Assembly: GCA_024911895.1 (NCBI GenBank)
Contig: GCA_024911895.1_3948.1
Reading direction: 5' to 3' (one strand)
DNA length: 64,000 bases
DNA from: a phage
Shown here: one piece after another, positions 1 to 7,304 of the stretch
Numbering within the stretch: position 1 is the stretch's first letter
Layout: every line of letters begins with the position of its first letter
Notes under the pieces: generated by a model
What the model saw: only the letters and a program-made list of their open reading frames with translations
Databases searched by the model: none
Told to the model about the DNA's origin: nothing
Made by a program: the position numbers and the translations under genes

Positions 1-1050
1 AAAAAAATATCTGTCTAGGATGTATATCTGCTTGGTAGCCCTTAACATCTCCCTTACAAGTGCTTTGCAAAATTTTAAAATATCCTTAACAATCTCTTAA
101 CAGTTCTCACAAGCTCTTAACATCTCTTCAGAGGTCTTAACAGTTTCTTAACAGAACTAACAAGGGTGTAACAGTTTCTTAACAGTTGATACATAGACTT
201 TACAGAGTCTTAACAGATGACTAACAAGAGCTAACAAGTTAATTTTAAAGAGTTATTTTGTTAAGATAATTAACAAGTTCCTAACAAGTGTTTAACCTTT
301 TTAACAAGCTGTTAACATGGTCACTATCTCTTTTCTTATCGTTCCCTTTCCTTTCTTAGTGATTCTTTAAATAGCCCTTTTAAAAGCTCTGTATAGCTCT
401 GTATAGCCCCTTTTAAGTCTCTTCCTAGTAATTACACCCCAACTGTACAGACACCTCCTTATAGGGCTTTTCAGGAGCTTTAAAGGCTATGCCAAAGGCT
501 CTTACAAGGCTTTTACGTGGTTTTAACAGAGATTTAACAAGTTGCTAACAAGTGCCTTAAAAGCATAACTATTTAGGGATTGTTAAGAAATTGTTAAGAA
601 AATGTTAAGGGGGCTAGCATTTACGTAACTTTTAAGCTACTTTTAAGCAACTTTATAGCCCCTATAACATACTTTTAAGACACTAACAATAGGATTCGAT
701 AGATTCCTATCTCATAGCCCTTTTTAGTTATTCACAAGATACTAACGAGATAATAAAGCTTACACCCTTATAAGATTCTTTTAAGGCTCTGGGAAGCTTT
801 ATAAAGGGCTTTTAAGGGTGAGGTAATGCAATCCCTTAAGTTAGGTTGATAAGGCTGTTATAGGGCTTTATAGAGCGTTTAAATGGTTGCCCTTCCCTTT
901 CGGGTTATGGGCTTATATTTAAGTTGATTTGATAAAAGGCTATAGAGTAGACTATAGAGTTATTGCTTTTTAAGGTATGAGATAGATTCTGACTTGTTAG
1001 GGAGTCTTTAAGATTCTGGGAAGGGATTAGATAGACGTAAAAAAGCCCCT
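1..1050. repeat. ~1 kb AT-rich non-coding region packed with short direct and inverted repeats (TAACAG/TAACAAG iterons, CTCTGTATAG x2, CTATAGAGT x2, TTGTTAAGAAA-type x3, several CTTTTAAG)
   Basis: no ORF with a ribosome-binding site; about 16 copies of TAACA(G/A) between ~40 and ~320, many spaced 10-11 bp apart; inverted copies (TTGTTAAG) at ~581-612. Confidence 0.6.
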
Positions 1051-1101
1051 ATGATAAGGAGCTTTTCAGGTATCTGGGGCTATTTAGCCCCGCTGCGTCG
1101 A

Positions 1102-1350
1102 TTAGTTATAATCTTGCTTGTTGTAGTACAGGGAGACGATTTTTTCTCCCCAATAATGATAAGTATAACCATCCTTGAGAACTTCTTGTTTTGTTTCCTC
1201 CCAGAACTCATCCGAAGGATTATAATCTTTGATGGTCTGACTGATAAGACCTTTCACCATTTCAAAGGCGTTATCAGTACCTGCAATGTCAAATTTAACA
1301 TCCAGAGAGGAAAAACCGAACTCGTTAACAGTAGCGCGGATAGTTGCCAT
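1102..1350 (-). CDS. hypothetical early protein (82 aa)
   Basis: ORF whose ATG follows the conserved family-A leader (GGAG 8 nt upstream); no domain recognised. Confidence 0.55.
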   Translation of the reverse strand: MATIRATVNEFGFSSLDVKFDIAGTDNAFEMVKGLISQTIKDYNPSDEFWEETKQEVLKDGYTYHYWGEKIVSLYYNKQDYN

Positions 1351-1426
1351 TTTTGAATCTCCTAGTTTAAGGACTTTACTTAGTAGGGAGGTTATCCCTC
1401 CCGTTGATTAGTAATTTACTTGTTTT
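1351..1426 (-). repeat. family-A early cassette: hairpin GGGAGG..CCCTCCC plus conserved leader ending TAAACTAGGAGATTCAAAA-ATG
   Basis: near-identical ~80-bp unit also at 1912, 3134 and 4184, each directly upstream (minus strand) of a small ORF start codon. Confidence 0.7.
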
Positions 1427-1563
1427 GATATCTGATTGCAAGCAATTTTTTAAGCTTATCTATAAAGAATCTTTTAAGCTAATCCCTTTTAGATAAACCC
1501 CCTCGAACAAAGTTACCAATGTCAAGGGGTATTGTCAACACTTTTTAAAAAGTTTTTTGTAAG

Positions 1564-1911
1564 TTATTGATTAACTGATGAATATTTTTCAGGTTTTACA
1601 TAGCTGATACGCTGACTTTTTAGCAGGTCATCCCAGATTAACGCGGCGATATGGGCATAACCGGATTCACGTAAAAGTTTCATTGTTTTACTTCTCGTTT
1701 CAAAACGGCTTGCATAGTACTCACTATTCAGCGTCGTTTTATTCCCTTCGTTGTCTACATGGATAATCTGCATCACTTGAAAGGGGCTTGTGTCCTCGCC
1801 TTTGTTCCACTGCTCAAAGTATTTTAGGCACTGCATAGGTGACATCTTATCACTTACTTGAGTTGACCATGATGCGCCAGCTTTATCGGTAATTACGGTT
1901 ACATAAGCCAT
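1564..1911 (-). CDS. hypothetical early protein (115 aa)
   Basis: ATG directly after family-A cassette leader; no domain recognised. Confidence 0.55.
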   Translation of the reverse strand: MAYVTVITDKAGASWSTQVSDKMSPMQCLKYFEQWNKGEDTSPFQVMQIIHVDNEGNKTTLNSEYYASRFETRSKTMKLLRESGYAHIAALIWDDLLKSQRISYVKPEKYSSVNQ

Positions 1912-1985
1912 TTTTAGAATCTCCAGTTTAGGACTTTATTTAGTGGGGAAGGTCATTCCCTCCCCGTTGATTGACAATTTACAGA
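1912..1985 (-). repeat. family-A early cassette (hairpin GGGGAAGG..CCCTCCCC plus conserved RBS leader)
   Basis: sequence repeat shared with 1351, 3134, 4184; abuts the ATG of ORF 1564..1911. Confidence 0.7.
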
Positions 1986-2001
1986 TTTTTATCAGGCTTG
2001 T

Positions 2002-2235
2002 CTAGTCTTTTTCAATGATAATTTCATATTGACCGTCAACACTGTCGAAATAGATTCCATCGTCATCTTCTGTCTTAAAGTAGCATTGAATATCATCACT
2101 GGCGGGATAGTCTTGCCTTGCTATCTGGCAAACCTGAATAGCGTTTTCTTTACTCCCTGTAAACTCTTCAAGCCCTTTAAAATCGCATGAATGACCATTA
2201 CAAATTGAGAGGATAAGATAAATGGTTGTAAGCAT
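2002..2235 (-). CDS. hypothetical small Cys-containing protein (77 aa) with hydrophobic N-terminus, possibly secreted
   Basis: N-terminus MLTTIYLILSICNG; 4 Cys; preceded by hairpin 2253..2269 and AAGAGG RBS. Confidence 0.45.
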   Translation of the reverse strand: MLTTIYLILSICNGHSCDFKGLEEFTGSKENAIQVCQIARQDYPASDDIQCYFKTEDDDGIYFDSVDGQYEIIIEKD

Positions 2236-2301
2236 GATTTAAGCCTCTTAAAAGCCCCTGTGAGGGGCTAATCAGTGTTTATAAGGTGATTGCATAGGTT
2301 T

Positions 2302-2844
2302 TTAGAAAAAGCTTCTTAAATCTTTCTCTGTGATGTTTCCCGTTAATGTGTCCATGATGTCACAAAAAACCTGAATACTGTCCGACTGTTGAACACTTTT
2401 AACAAGTAGCTCTAATGTCTCCTCAAGATAGTTTAAATTTGGATTATCCAGTGAAGGAAGACAAAAAGGTGAAAACATTGCATTAAACTCGGTTACGTAA
2501 ACCTTTTTAATCCAATTTAAATCGAAGTATTCTGTAAAACTTGCTACGCCAGACATATTATCACAAGAATAATCATCATTTAGGTCATCCTCTGGGATAT
2601 CAAGTTCTAAGATAACAATATTTTGGGTTTTCATCTGGAAAGCTGCGGTGATAGCGGCATTACCTAGAGCCTGCTGGATACCTTCAGAGATTATTTCTTC
2701 CTCATCGTCGCCATAGATTTTATTTTCTGGATACACGTAAAAATTGCCGTCCATATCCGAACAATTCCATGCGCCTGATGGTTTATCACCGTTATTAATC
2801 AGGTTGAGGAAATTTTCTTGAGTAGTACCGTGAAAGCATTTCAT
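2302..2844 (-). CDS. hypothetical acidic early protein (180 aa)
   Basis: ATG after family-B leader; strongly acidic composition (runs of D/E). Confidence 0.55.
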   Translation of the reverse strand: MKCFHGTTQENFLNLINNGDKPSGAWNCSDMDGNFYVYPENKIYGDDEEEIISEGIQQALGNAAITAAFQMKTQNIVILELDIPEDDLNDDYSCDNMSGVASFTEYFDLNWIKKVYVTEFNAMFSPFCLPSLDNPNLNYLEETLELLVKSVQQSDSIQVFCDIMDTLTGNITEKDLRSFF

Positions 2845-2932
2845 TTTAGAATCTCCAGTTTAGGATTGAGTGGTAAAGCTCTTTATCTGGGGCTTACTTT
2901 ATCGAACTATAAGCCCCTTGTAAAGTACTTTA
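2845..2932 (-). repeat. family-B early cassette: hairpin GGGGCTTA..TAAGCCCC, palindrome AAAGTACTTT, leader ending AAACTGGAGATTCTAAA-ATG
   Basis: 88-bp unit essentially identical to 3642..3726 and 2 mismatches from 5845..5932; abuts the ATG of ORF 2302..2844. Confidence 0.7.
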
Positions 2933-3133
2933 TTAGTTATTTTTTACAACTTTTAAAACTGCAAGGTAACCTAAGCAATAAGAATCACCGAAAAGAGTCC
3001 TACCCATGAAAGAATCCTCTTTTATATCCTTTTCAGTGACGGTTTTTTCTACTCCGTGAAAAAGGACTATATCACCGACTTTGATATCTTTGATATGAGT
3101 AGTTTCAATGTTTAAACCGTTAATAATAGCCAT
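2933..3133 (-). CDS. hypothetical early protein (66 aa)
   Basis: ATG after family-A leader. Confidence 0.5.
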   Translation of the reverse strand: MAIINGLNIETTHIKDIKVGDIVLFHGVEKTVTEKDIKEDSFMGRTLFGDSYCLGYLAVLKVVKNN

Positions 3134-3212
3134 TTTTGAATCTCCTAGTTTAAGGACTTTACTTAGTGGGGAAGGTCATTCCCTCCCCGTTGATTAGTAA
3201 TTTACTTGTTTT
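3134..3212 (-). repeat. family-A early cassette; minus-strand TTGACA-18bp-TAAATT promoter-like element at 3199..3228
   Basis: repeat family shared with 1351, 1912, 4184; abuts the ATG of ORF 2933..3133. Confidence 0.65.
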
Positions 3213-3236
3213 AAAAACCAGTGTCAACAAAATTTT

Positions 3237-3641
3237 TCAGAGTTCTGCATAAATTGCATCGCAGACATCACGAAAATCATGATTTGTTAAATTACGTTGC
3301 AACCATGTTGCGAAAAAGTCAGCGATTGCAAAATTTGCGTCATACTCAACAGATAGCCACACTTTAACAGCAAAACGAAACATTTTTAAATCAAGCTCTT
3401 TATTCATTACCTTAGATTTGCCTAACATGTCAGACATCTCATGTTGTGCACCGTCTAGCGTGATACCTGCTGCAACGTCAGCCAGTGAGTTTTTTACGTT
3501 TTCAACGTCTAAGATAACACTTTGAATCTTCCCAATAATGTTTTGCAGTGTTTCGTCTGGCGCTGATGATGTGATAACATTAATCCGGTTAACGGTCAAA
3601 CGTGCTTTTAAGATTGATAACTCACGGTTATTAATAGCCAT
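3237..3641 (-). CDS. hypothetical early protein (134 aa)
   Basis: ATG after family-B leader. Confidence 0.55.
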   Translation of the reverse strand: MAINNRELSILKARLTVNRINVITSSAPDETLQNIIGKIQSVILDVENVKNSLADVAAGITLDGAQHEMSDMLGKSKVMNKELDLKMFRFAVKVWLSVEYDANFAIADFFATWLQRNLTNHDFRDVCDAIYAEL

Positions 3642-3726
3642 TTTAGAATCTCCAGTTTAGGATTGAGTGGTAAAGCTCTTTATCTGGGGCTTACTTTATC
3701 GAACTATAAGCCCCTTGTAAAGTACT
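3642..3726 (-). repeat. family-B early cassette
   Basis: identical to 2845..2932 over ~88 bp; abuts the ATG of ORF 3237..3641. Confidence 0.7.
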
Positions 3727-3999
3727 TTATGCTAAGTGTAATTTTTTACCTTTTACCATGATGTAACTTGATGCGTTATTACTGCATACATCTTGATAAA
3801 TTCTGCGCAAACGTCCTTCGTAGTATACTTTCCAGCTAGTTGGAATCTTTTTCCCGTATCCTGTAGCAGTTTTTTGCAGTCCTGCAAGTTGCCAATCCAG
3901 AATATGTTGTTCAGCTTGTAAATCCTCGAAGTGCATTACACCGTTCACATAGTGGCGTAGGGTTATGTTTAAAGTGCGACCGTTGTTAGTAGTGTACAT
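3727..3999 (-). CDS. hypothetical early protein (90 aa); start moved from the GTG at 4041 in the ORF track to the ATG at 3999
   Basis: ATG at 3999 is preceded by CTAGGAGCTTTTAAA, the conserved leader/RBS; position 4041 is GTG. Confidence 0.5.
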   Translation of the reverse strand: MYTTNNGRTLNITLRHYVNGVMHFEDLQAEQHILDWQLAGLQKTATGYGKKIPTSWKVYYEGRLRRIYQDVCSNNASSYIMVKGKKLHLA

Positions 4000-4024
4000 T
4001 TTAAAAGCTCCTAGTTTAAGGATT

Positions 4025-4183
4025 TTATTTTGACAATTCACTAATTAAGACATCAAAGATTATATCATTATCTGCTACAGTTGCAACACCAGTGATATAA
4101 TCAATTTCTAAGATAACAACAACTTTCGTACATAAACCATCATCTATATCATTCCAGACAACTTTATCACCTGCACAAAACAT
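4025..4183 (-). CDS. hypothetical small acidic protein (52 aa), below the ORF-track size cutoff
   Basis: own translation: MFCAGDKVVWNDIDDGLCTKVVVILEIDYITGVATVADNDIIFDVLISELSK; ATG directly after family-A cassette leader. Confidence 0.5.
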   Translation of the reverse strand: MFCAGDKVVWNDIDDGLCTKVVVILEIDYITGVATVADNDIIFDVLISELSK

Positions 4184-4264
4184 TTTTGAATCTCCTAGTT
4201 TAAGGACTTTACTTAGTGGGGGAAGCTCATTCCCTCCCCGTTGATTAGTAATTTACTTGTTTTA
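4184..4264 (-). repeat. family-A early cassette
   Basis: repeat family shared with 1351, 1912, 3134; abuts the ATG of small ORF 4025..4183. Confidence 0.65.
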
Positions 4265-4274
4265 AAAACCAAAA

Positions 4275-4607
4275 TCAAGATGAATTTTTTCGTTTGCTCA
4301 ATTCTTGAACTATTACAGCATGATAATCTTTTAAATCACTGATATTTAAAGCATTTATCAGAGAGTTATAATCATCGACAAGCTGAAAATCATCTTTGAA
4401 AATGTCGCTGATTTGATAAGTTTTTGATTGAAATCTGAAGCTCATTTCTAACCGTTTTATTTGTTCATCGCTTAAACGCTCCAGAAAGCTCATTACAAGG
4501 TTATTATTGACCTGCTGCGTGATTGCCTTACTTGCCAAATTATATGCGCTATAAGCCTTGTAAAGTGCTATAATGGCAATGATTGCAGTGATACCCATCA
4601 TTAACAT
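4275..4607 (-). CDS. hypothetical membrane protein (110 aa, N-terminal TM helix)
   Basis: N-terminal hydrophobic segment GITAIIAIIALY; RBS AAGAGGAAG; overlaps the stop of the upstream gene (coupled). Confidence 0.5.
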   Translation of the reverse strand: MLMMGITAIIAIIALYKAYSAYNLASKAITQQVNNNLVMSFLERLSDEQIKRLEMSFRFQSKTYQISDIFKDDFQLVDDYNSLINALNISDLKDYHAVIVQELSKRKNSS

Positions 4608-4897
4608 GGTGCTTCCTCTTTACGTGATACCTTGCCATTTACAGTTATCTCATAAGATTCTAATAAATCGCTTTTAGACTTTACAGGGCTTTTAAAAGTA
4701 TCATCATAGATATTGACTTGTAATACAGGTTTTTTATATTCCCTGCAACTATTCCATAAGCAAATCACTACACGACGGCCTTTGATTTTTCCGTGTAACC
4801 ATTCCATAACATCATGACTATTCCTTGATGTTTCAATGAAATCAATTTTATTAAGTAATTTGCTTAGATTTTCACGGACTTTATTTGATAGTTTCAT
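4601..4897 (-). CDS. hypothetical early protein (98 aa)
   Basis: ATG after family-B-like leader. Confidence 0.5.
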   Translation of the reverse strand: MKLSNKVRENLSKLLNKIDFIETSRNSHDVMEWLHGKIKGRRVVICLWNSCREYKKPVLQVNIYDDTFKSPVKSKSDLLESYEITVNGKVSRKEEAPC

Positions 4898-4984
4898 TTT
4901 TGAATCTACAGTTTAGGACAGTTGATAAATCTCTTTATCTGGGGCTATCTTATCAGCTTGATAACCCCGTGTAAAGAGGTCTAT
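4898..4984 (-). repeat. family-B-like early cassette (variant hairpin GGGGCTATC..GATAACCCC)
   Basis: conserved leader TTTTTGAATCTACAGTTTAGGA and hairpin; abuts the ATG of ORF 4601..4897. Confidence 0.6.
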
Positions 4985-5497
4985 TTAGTCCTTAAAGATA
5001 TTCATCACTGAATCTTTTAATGCTTCCAAGCGTTCTAATACTTCAGATTCTGCGTCTGCGTTGTTCACTTCCTCTTTTAGCCTGTCATCTAAATCATCGC
5101 CGTCACTATAACACCAATCAAAAGCGTAACCAATATAAAAACTGTCTAAAATTGTTTGACCATTTGCATCGACAACTTTCGCGGCAAGGTTGTATTCTGA
5201 AGCCTCTAAATCTCTTTCTAGTTCTTTCTGTAAGCTGATGTAAGCCTCTCTTGATGGATTTTCCCGGCCTTGTTTTGCATAGTCACTTGAAAGCTGTTTA
5301 AGGCTGTAATGTAAAGGGATTGCATATTTAAATTCATTACGCTGACAGTTGGGGTTTTTAATAGTCACGCCGCCATGATGAGTGTCTGTAAACTCCCAAT
5401 TATCAAGATTATGGCTTGCTTCAAAGCAATTAACAGCTTCGTAAATGATGGAAAATTTTTCTTTTACAACTTCAAAGGTAGCTTCTACAGTTTTCAT
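4985..5497 (-). CDS. hypothetical acidic early protein (170 aa)
   Basis: ATG after family-B leader; D/E-rich. Confidence 0.55.
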   Translation of the reverse strand: MKTVEATFEVVKEKFSIIYEAVNCFEASHNLDNWEFTDTHHGGVTIKNPNCQRNEFKYAIPLHYSLKQLSSDYAKQGRENPSREAYISLQKELERDLEASEYNLAAKVVDANGQTILDSFYIGYAFDWCYSDGDDLDDRLKEEVNNADAESEVLERLEALKDSVMNIFKD

Positions 5498-5586
5498 TTT
5501 TGAATCTCCAGTTTAGGATTAATGTGGTAAAGCTCTTTATCTGGGGCTTAAGATATCAACTTTTAAGCCCCCTGTAAAGTACTTTA
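5498..5586 (-). repeat. family-B early cassette (hairpin GGGGCTTAA..TTAAGCCCC)
   Basis: close copy of 6314..6401; abuts the ATG of ORF 4985..5497. Confidence 0.7.
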
Positions 5587-5844
5587 TCAGATTAAATTGC
5601 CAGTTAATGATAAGTGCATTTTATAGCCTTTTTTGGTAAACACGTTCACTTTACCGAGTGATTTTACACCTTTAAAAAGATTGTTTGAACTGCGTTTTAA
5701 GGTTAGTTGTTTATCAGCCTTCACGCCCCATCTTACAGCAGATGGTTTTCCGTTGTCAACAACTTTCCCGCCTAACTTTTTCGCCATGATGCGAGCGTCA
5801 TCGCGAGTTTTTGCAGTAATTACAACGTTTTTGATAATAGCCAT
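5587..5844 (-). CDS. hypothetical basic early protein (85 aa)
   Basis: ATG after family-B leader; K/R-rich. Confidence 0.5.
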   Translation of the reverse strand: MAIIKNVVITAKTRDDARIMAKKLGGKVVDNGKPSAVRWGVKADKQLTLKRSSNNLFKGVKSLGKVNVFTKKGYKMHLSLTGNLI

Positions 5845-5932
5845 TTTAGAATCTCCAATTTAGGATTTAGTGGTAAAGCTCTTTATCTGGGGCTTACTTT
5901 ATCGAACTATAAGCCCCTTGTAAAGTACTTTA
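5845..5932 (-). repeat. family-B early cassette
   Basis: 2 mismatches from 2845..2932; abuts the ATG of ORF 5587..5844. Confidence 0.7.
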
Positions 5933-6313
5933 TCAGTTAATTTTGAAAATTGTCACATAACCATCACTACCGATTATTTGAGATACTCCAGCTTTTTCTA
6001 CATGATAGCCCATATTTTCAAGATGGTAAACAGCATCATCGTAACCATATGCGCCACCCTGATAACGTCTCTTATCGCATCTTATCAGGTTTTTACCACG
6101 TCCTGCAAGTGCATTCAGTACAGCTTTTTCACTTGATAGCGTACCATCTAACATGGTTGCCGTGTAATGGTTGATTTTATTCCCGTTAATATCATACTTA
6201 AAATTGAATGCGTGAACAACAATCAATTTGCCGTTAAATTTTTCATCAAGTGACTTCTCCAGTGCGTTGCGGAAGTTGTCTTTGTTGATGAATTTCGGTG
6301 CACGATAAGCCAT
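5933..6313 (-). CDS. hypothetical early protein (126 aa)
   Basis: ATG after family-A-type leader (TAAACTAGGAGATTCAAAA). Confidence 0.55.
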   Translation of the reverse strand: MAYRAPKFINKDNFRNALEKSLDEKFNGKLIVVHAFNFKYDINGNKINHYTATMLDGTLSSEKAVLNALAGRGKNLIRCDKRRYQGGAYGYDDAVYHLENMGYHVEKAGVSQIIGSDGYVTIFKIN

Positions 6314-6401
6314 TTTTGAATCTCCTAGTTTAAGGGTTAATTTAGTAAAGCTCTTTATCTGGGGCTTAAGATATCAACTTTTAAACCCCCTGTAAAGTAC
6401 T
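6314..6401 (-). repeat. family-B early cassette
   Basis: close copy of 5498..5586; abuts the ATG of ORF 5933..6313. Confidence 0.7.
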
Positions 6402-6623
6402 TTATTTGTCGTAGTAGTAAATCGCTGTCTGCCTTGTAAATTTCTTAGTGTTTCTTGTAAGGTAGCAATTAGAATTAATAGCCGTTTCTACATAGTTGCA
6501 ATAGTCGGCTTCTGATATTCTGGACCATACGCCACAGATTTGCATGTAAAAACGTTTTGCCTTTGTGTGAATGTTAGTTGTAACCATCAATTCGCGACTG
6601 TATATCATTATTTCGCGCTCCAT
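6402..6623 (-). CDS. hypothetical early protein (73 aa)
   Basis: ORF overlapping the end of 6608..6796 (translational coupling). Confidence 0.4.
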   Translation of the reverse strand: MEREIMIYSRELMVTTNIHTKAKRFYMQICGVWSRISEADYCNYVETAINSNCYLTRNTKKFTRQTAIYYYDK

Positions 6624-6796
6624 TTCTCAAAGAGTTCAGCAGGGAAACGTTCGCTATAACCTTTTAAGGAAAAAGTGTTATCTTCGTGGATAGCTTCCAC
6701 CTGATAAACCTTATAAGAGCGTATAGTTAGCATTTTGTAAGAGTATTCGTGCTTGATGTTAACCTCATCACCAACTTTAATCTTTCTTGATGCCAT
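6608..6796 (-). CDS. hypothetical early protein (62 aa), first gene downstream of the 6847..6875 promoter
   Basis: ATG after leader AAACTGGAGATTCAAAAA. Confidence 0.5.
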   Translation of the reverse strand: MASRKIKVGDEVNIKHEYSYKMLTIRSYKVYQVEAIHEDNTFSLKGYSERFPAELFEKWSAK

Positions 6797-6846
6797 TTTT
6801 TGAATCTCCAGTTTAGGAAGTGGGCTTGATTGCCCGTCTGATGCAA

Positions 6847-6875
6847 ATATTAGATAACTATACTCAAAGAGTCAA
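6847..6875 (-). promoter_or_regulatory. sigma70-like promoter (minus strand TTGACT-17bp-TAATAT) heading the leftward early cluster
   Basis: -35 at 6870..6875 and -10 at 6847..6852 read on the minus strand; 17-bp spacer; ~50 nt upstream of the ATG of ORF 6608..6796. Confidence 0.5.
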
Positions 6876-7050
6876 TAGGAATTTTAAAAATATTTTTTGC
6901 AAAAATTGTAATGAAACGGGTGCGCGCGACTACCACAAAACAGAACTACAATCAAGAATTATTTTTCAATCCGCTACAAATTTTTCTGTTGACTTTTATT
7001 TCCAGATGTGGTAGCCTTGTGAGAAATGGCGACATCCCCACCTGCACCCA

Positions 7051-7240
7051 CCTACCTGCACAATTCTAAAATGATTTTTCTTGCCAGACCTGATTTTTCT
7101 CTGCACGTTTTGAAAATGAAAAAGCTCTTTGGAGATTACCTGCACAGTTTGAAAATGAATTTTCTCTTTGGAGTTCAAAATTATCTCTACAGATTTCTCT
7201 ACAGAACTCTACCTGCACAATCCTGAAATGAAAAAGCCCT
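7051..7240. repeat. four direct repeats, core CTGCACa(a/g)tt(c/t)TGAAAATGA, at ~7051, 7099, 7136 and 7209 in a 500-bp intergenic region
   Basis: read directly; variable spacing 37-73 bp; no coding support (the plus ORF 7026..7226 is judged spurious). Confidence 0.6.
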
Positions 7241-7304
7241 CCTTACCTGAAAAATTTACCAGATAAGAAAGGCTTAGTCTATTGTGAATATACTACGAAG
7301 TTTC

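Noticed and set aside
860-962. T7-like promoter resemblance (..GACTATAGAG.., ..GTTATAGGGC..)
   Set aside because: Only partial similarity to the T7 core, and no single-subunit RNA polymerase gene is present in this window; treated as part of the local repeat families.
1051-1356. plus-strand ORF (101 aa) overlapping minus-strand ORF 1102..1350
   Set aside because: Runs antisense to a gene that has the conserved cassette leader and RBS; no RBS of its own; treated as a shadow ORF.
3727-4041. ORF-track start at 4041 for the 104-aa ORF
   Set aside because: Position 4041 is a GTG with no RBS, whereas the in-frame ATG at 3999 follows the conserved leader; the gene was shortened to 3727..3999 and the freed space holds the separate 52-aa ORF 4025..4183.
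7026-7226. plus-strand ORF (66 aa) inside the CTGCAC..TGAAAATGA repeat region
   Set aside because: Its reading frame is produced by the direct repeats, it has no RBS, and it lies in an otherwise regulatory gap; judged non-coding.
7051-7240. CRISPR array
   Set aside because: The four repeats are imperfect, irregularly spaced (37-73 bp) and AT-rich, with no repeat-spacer periodicity and no cas genes; not CRISPR.
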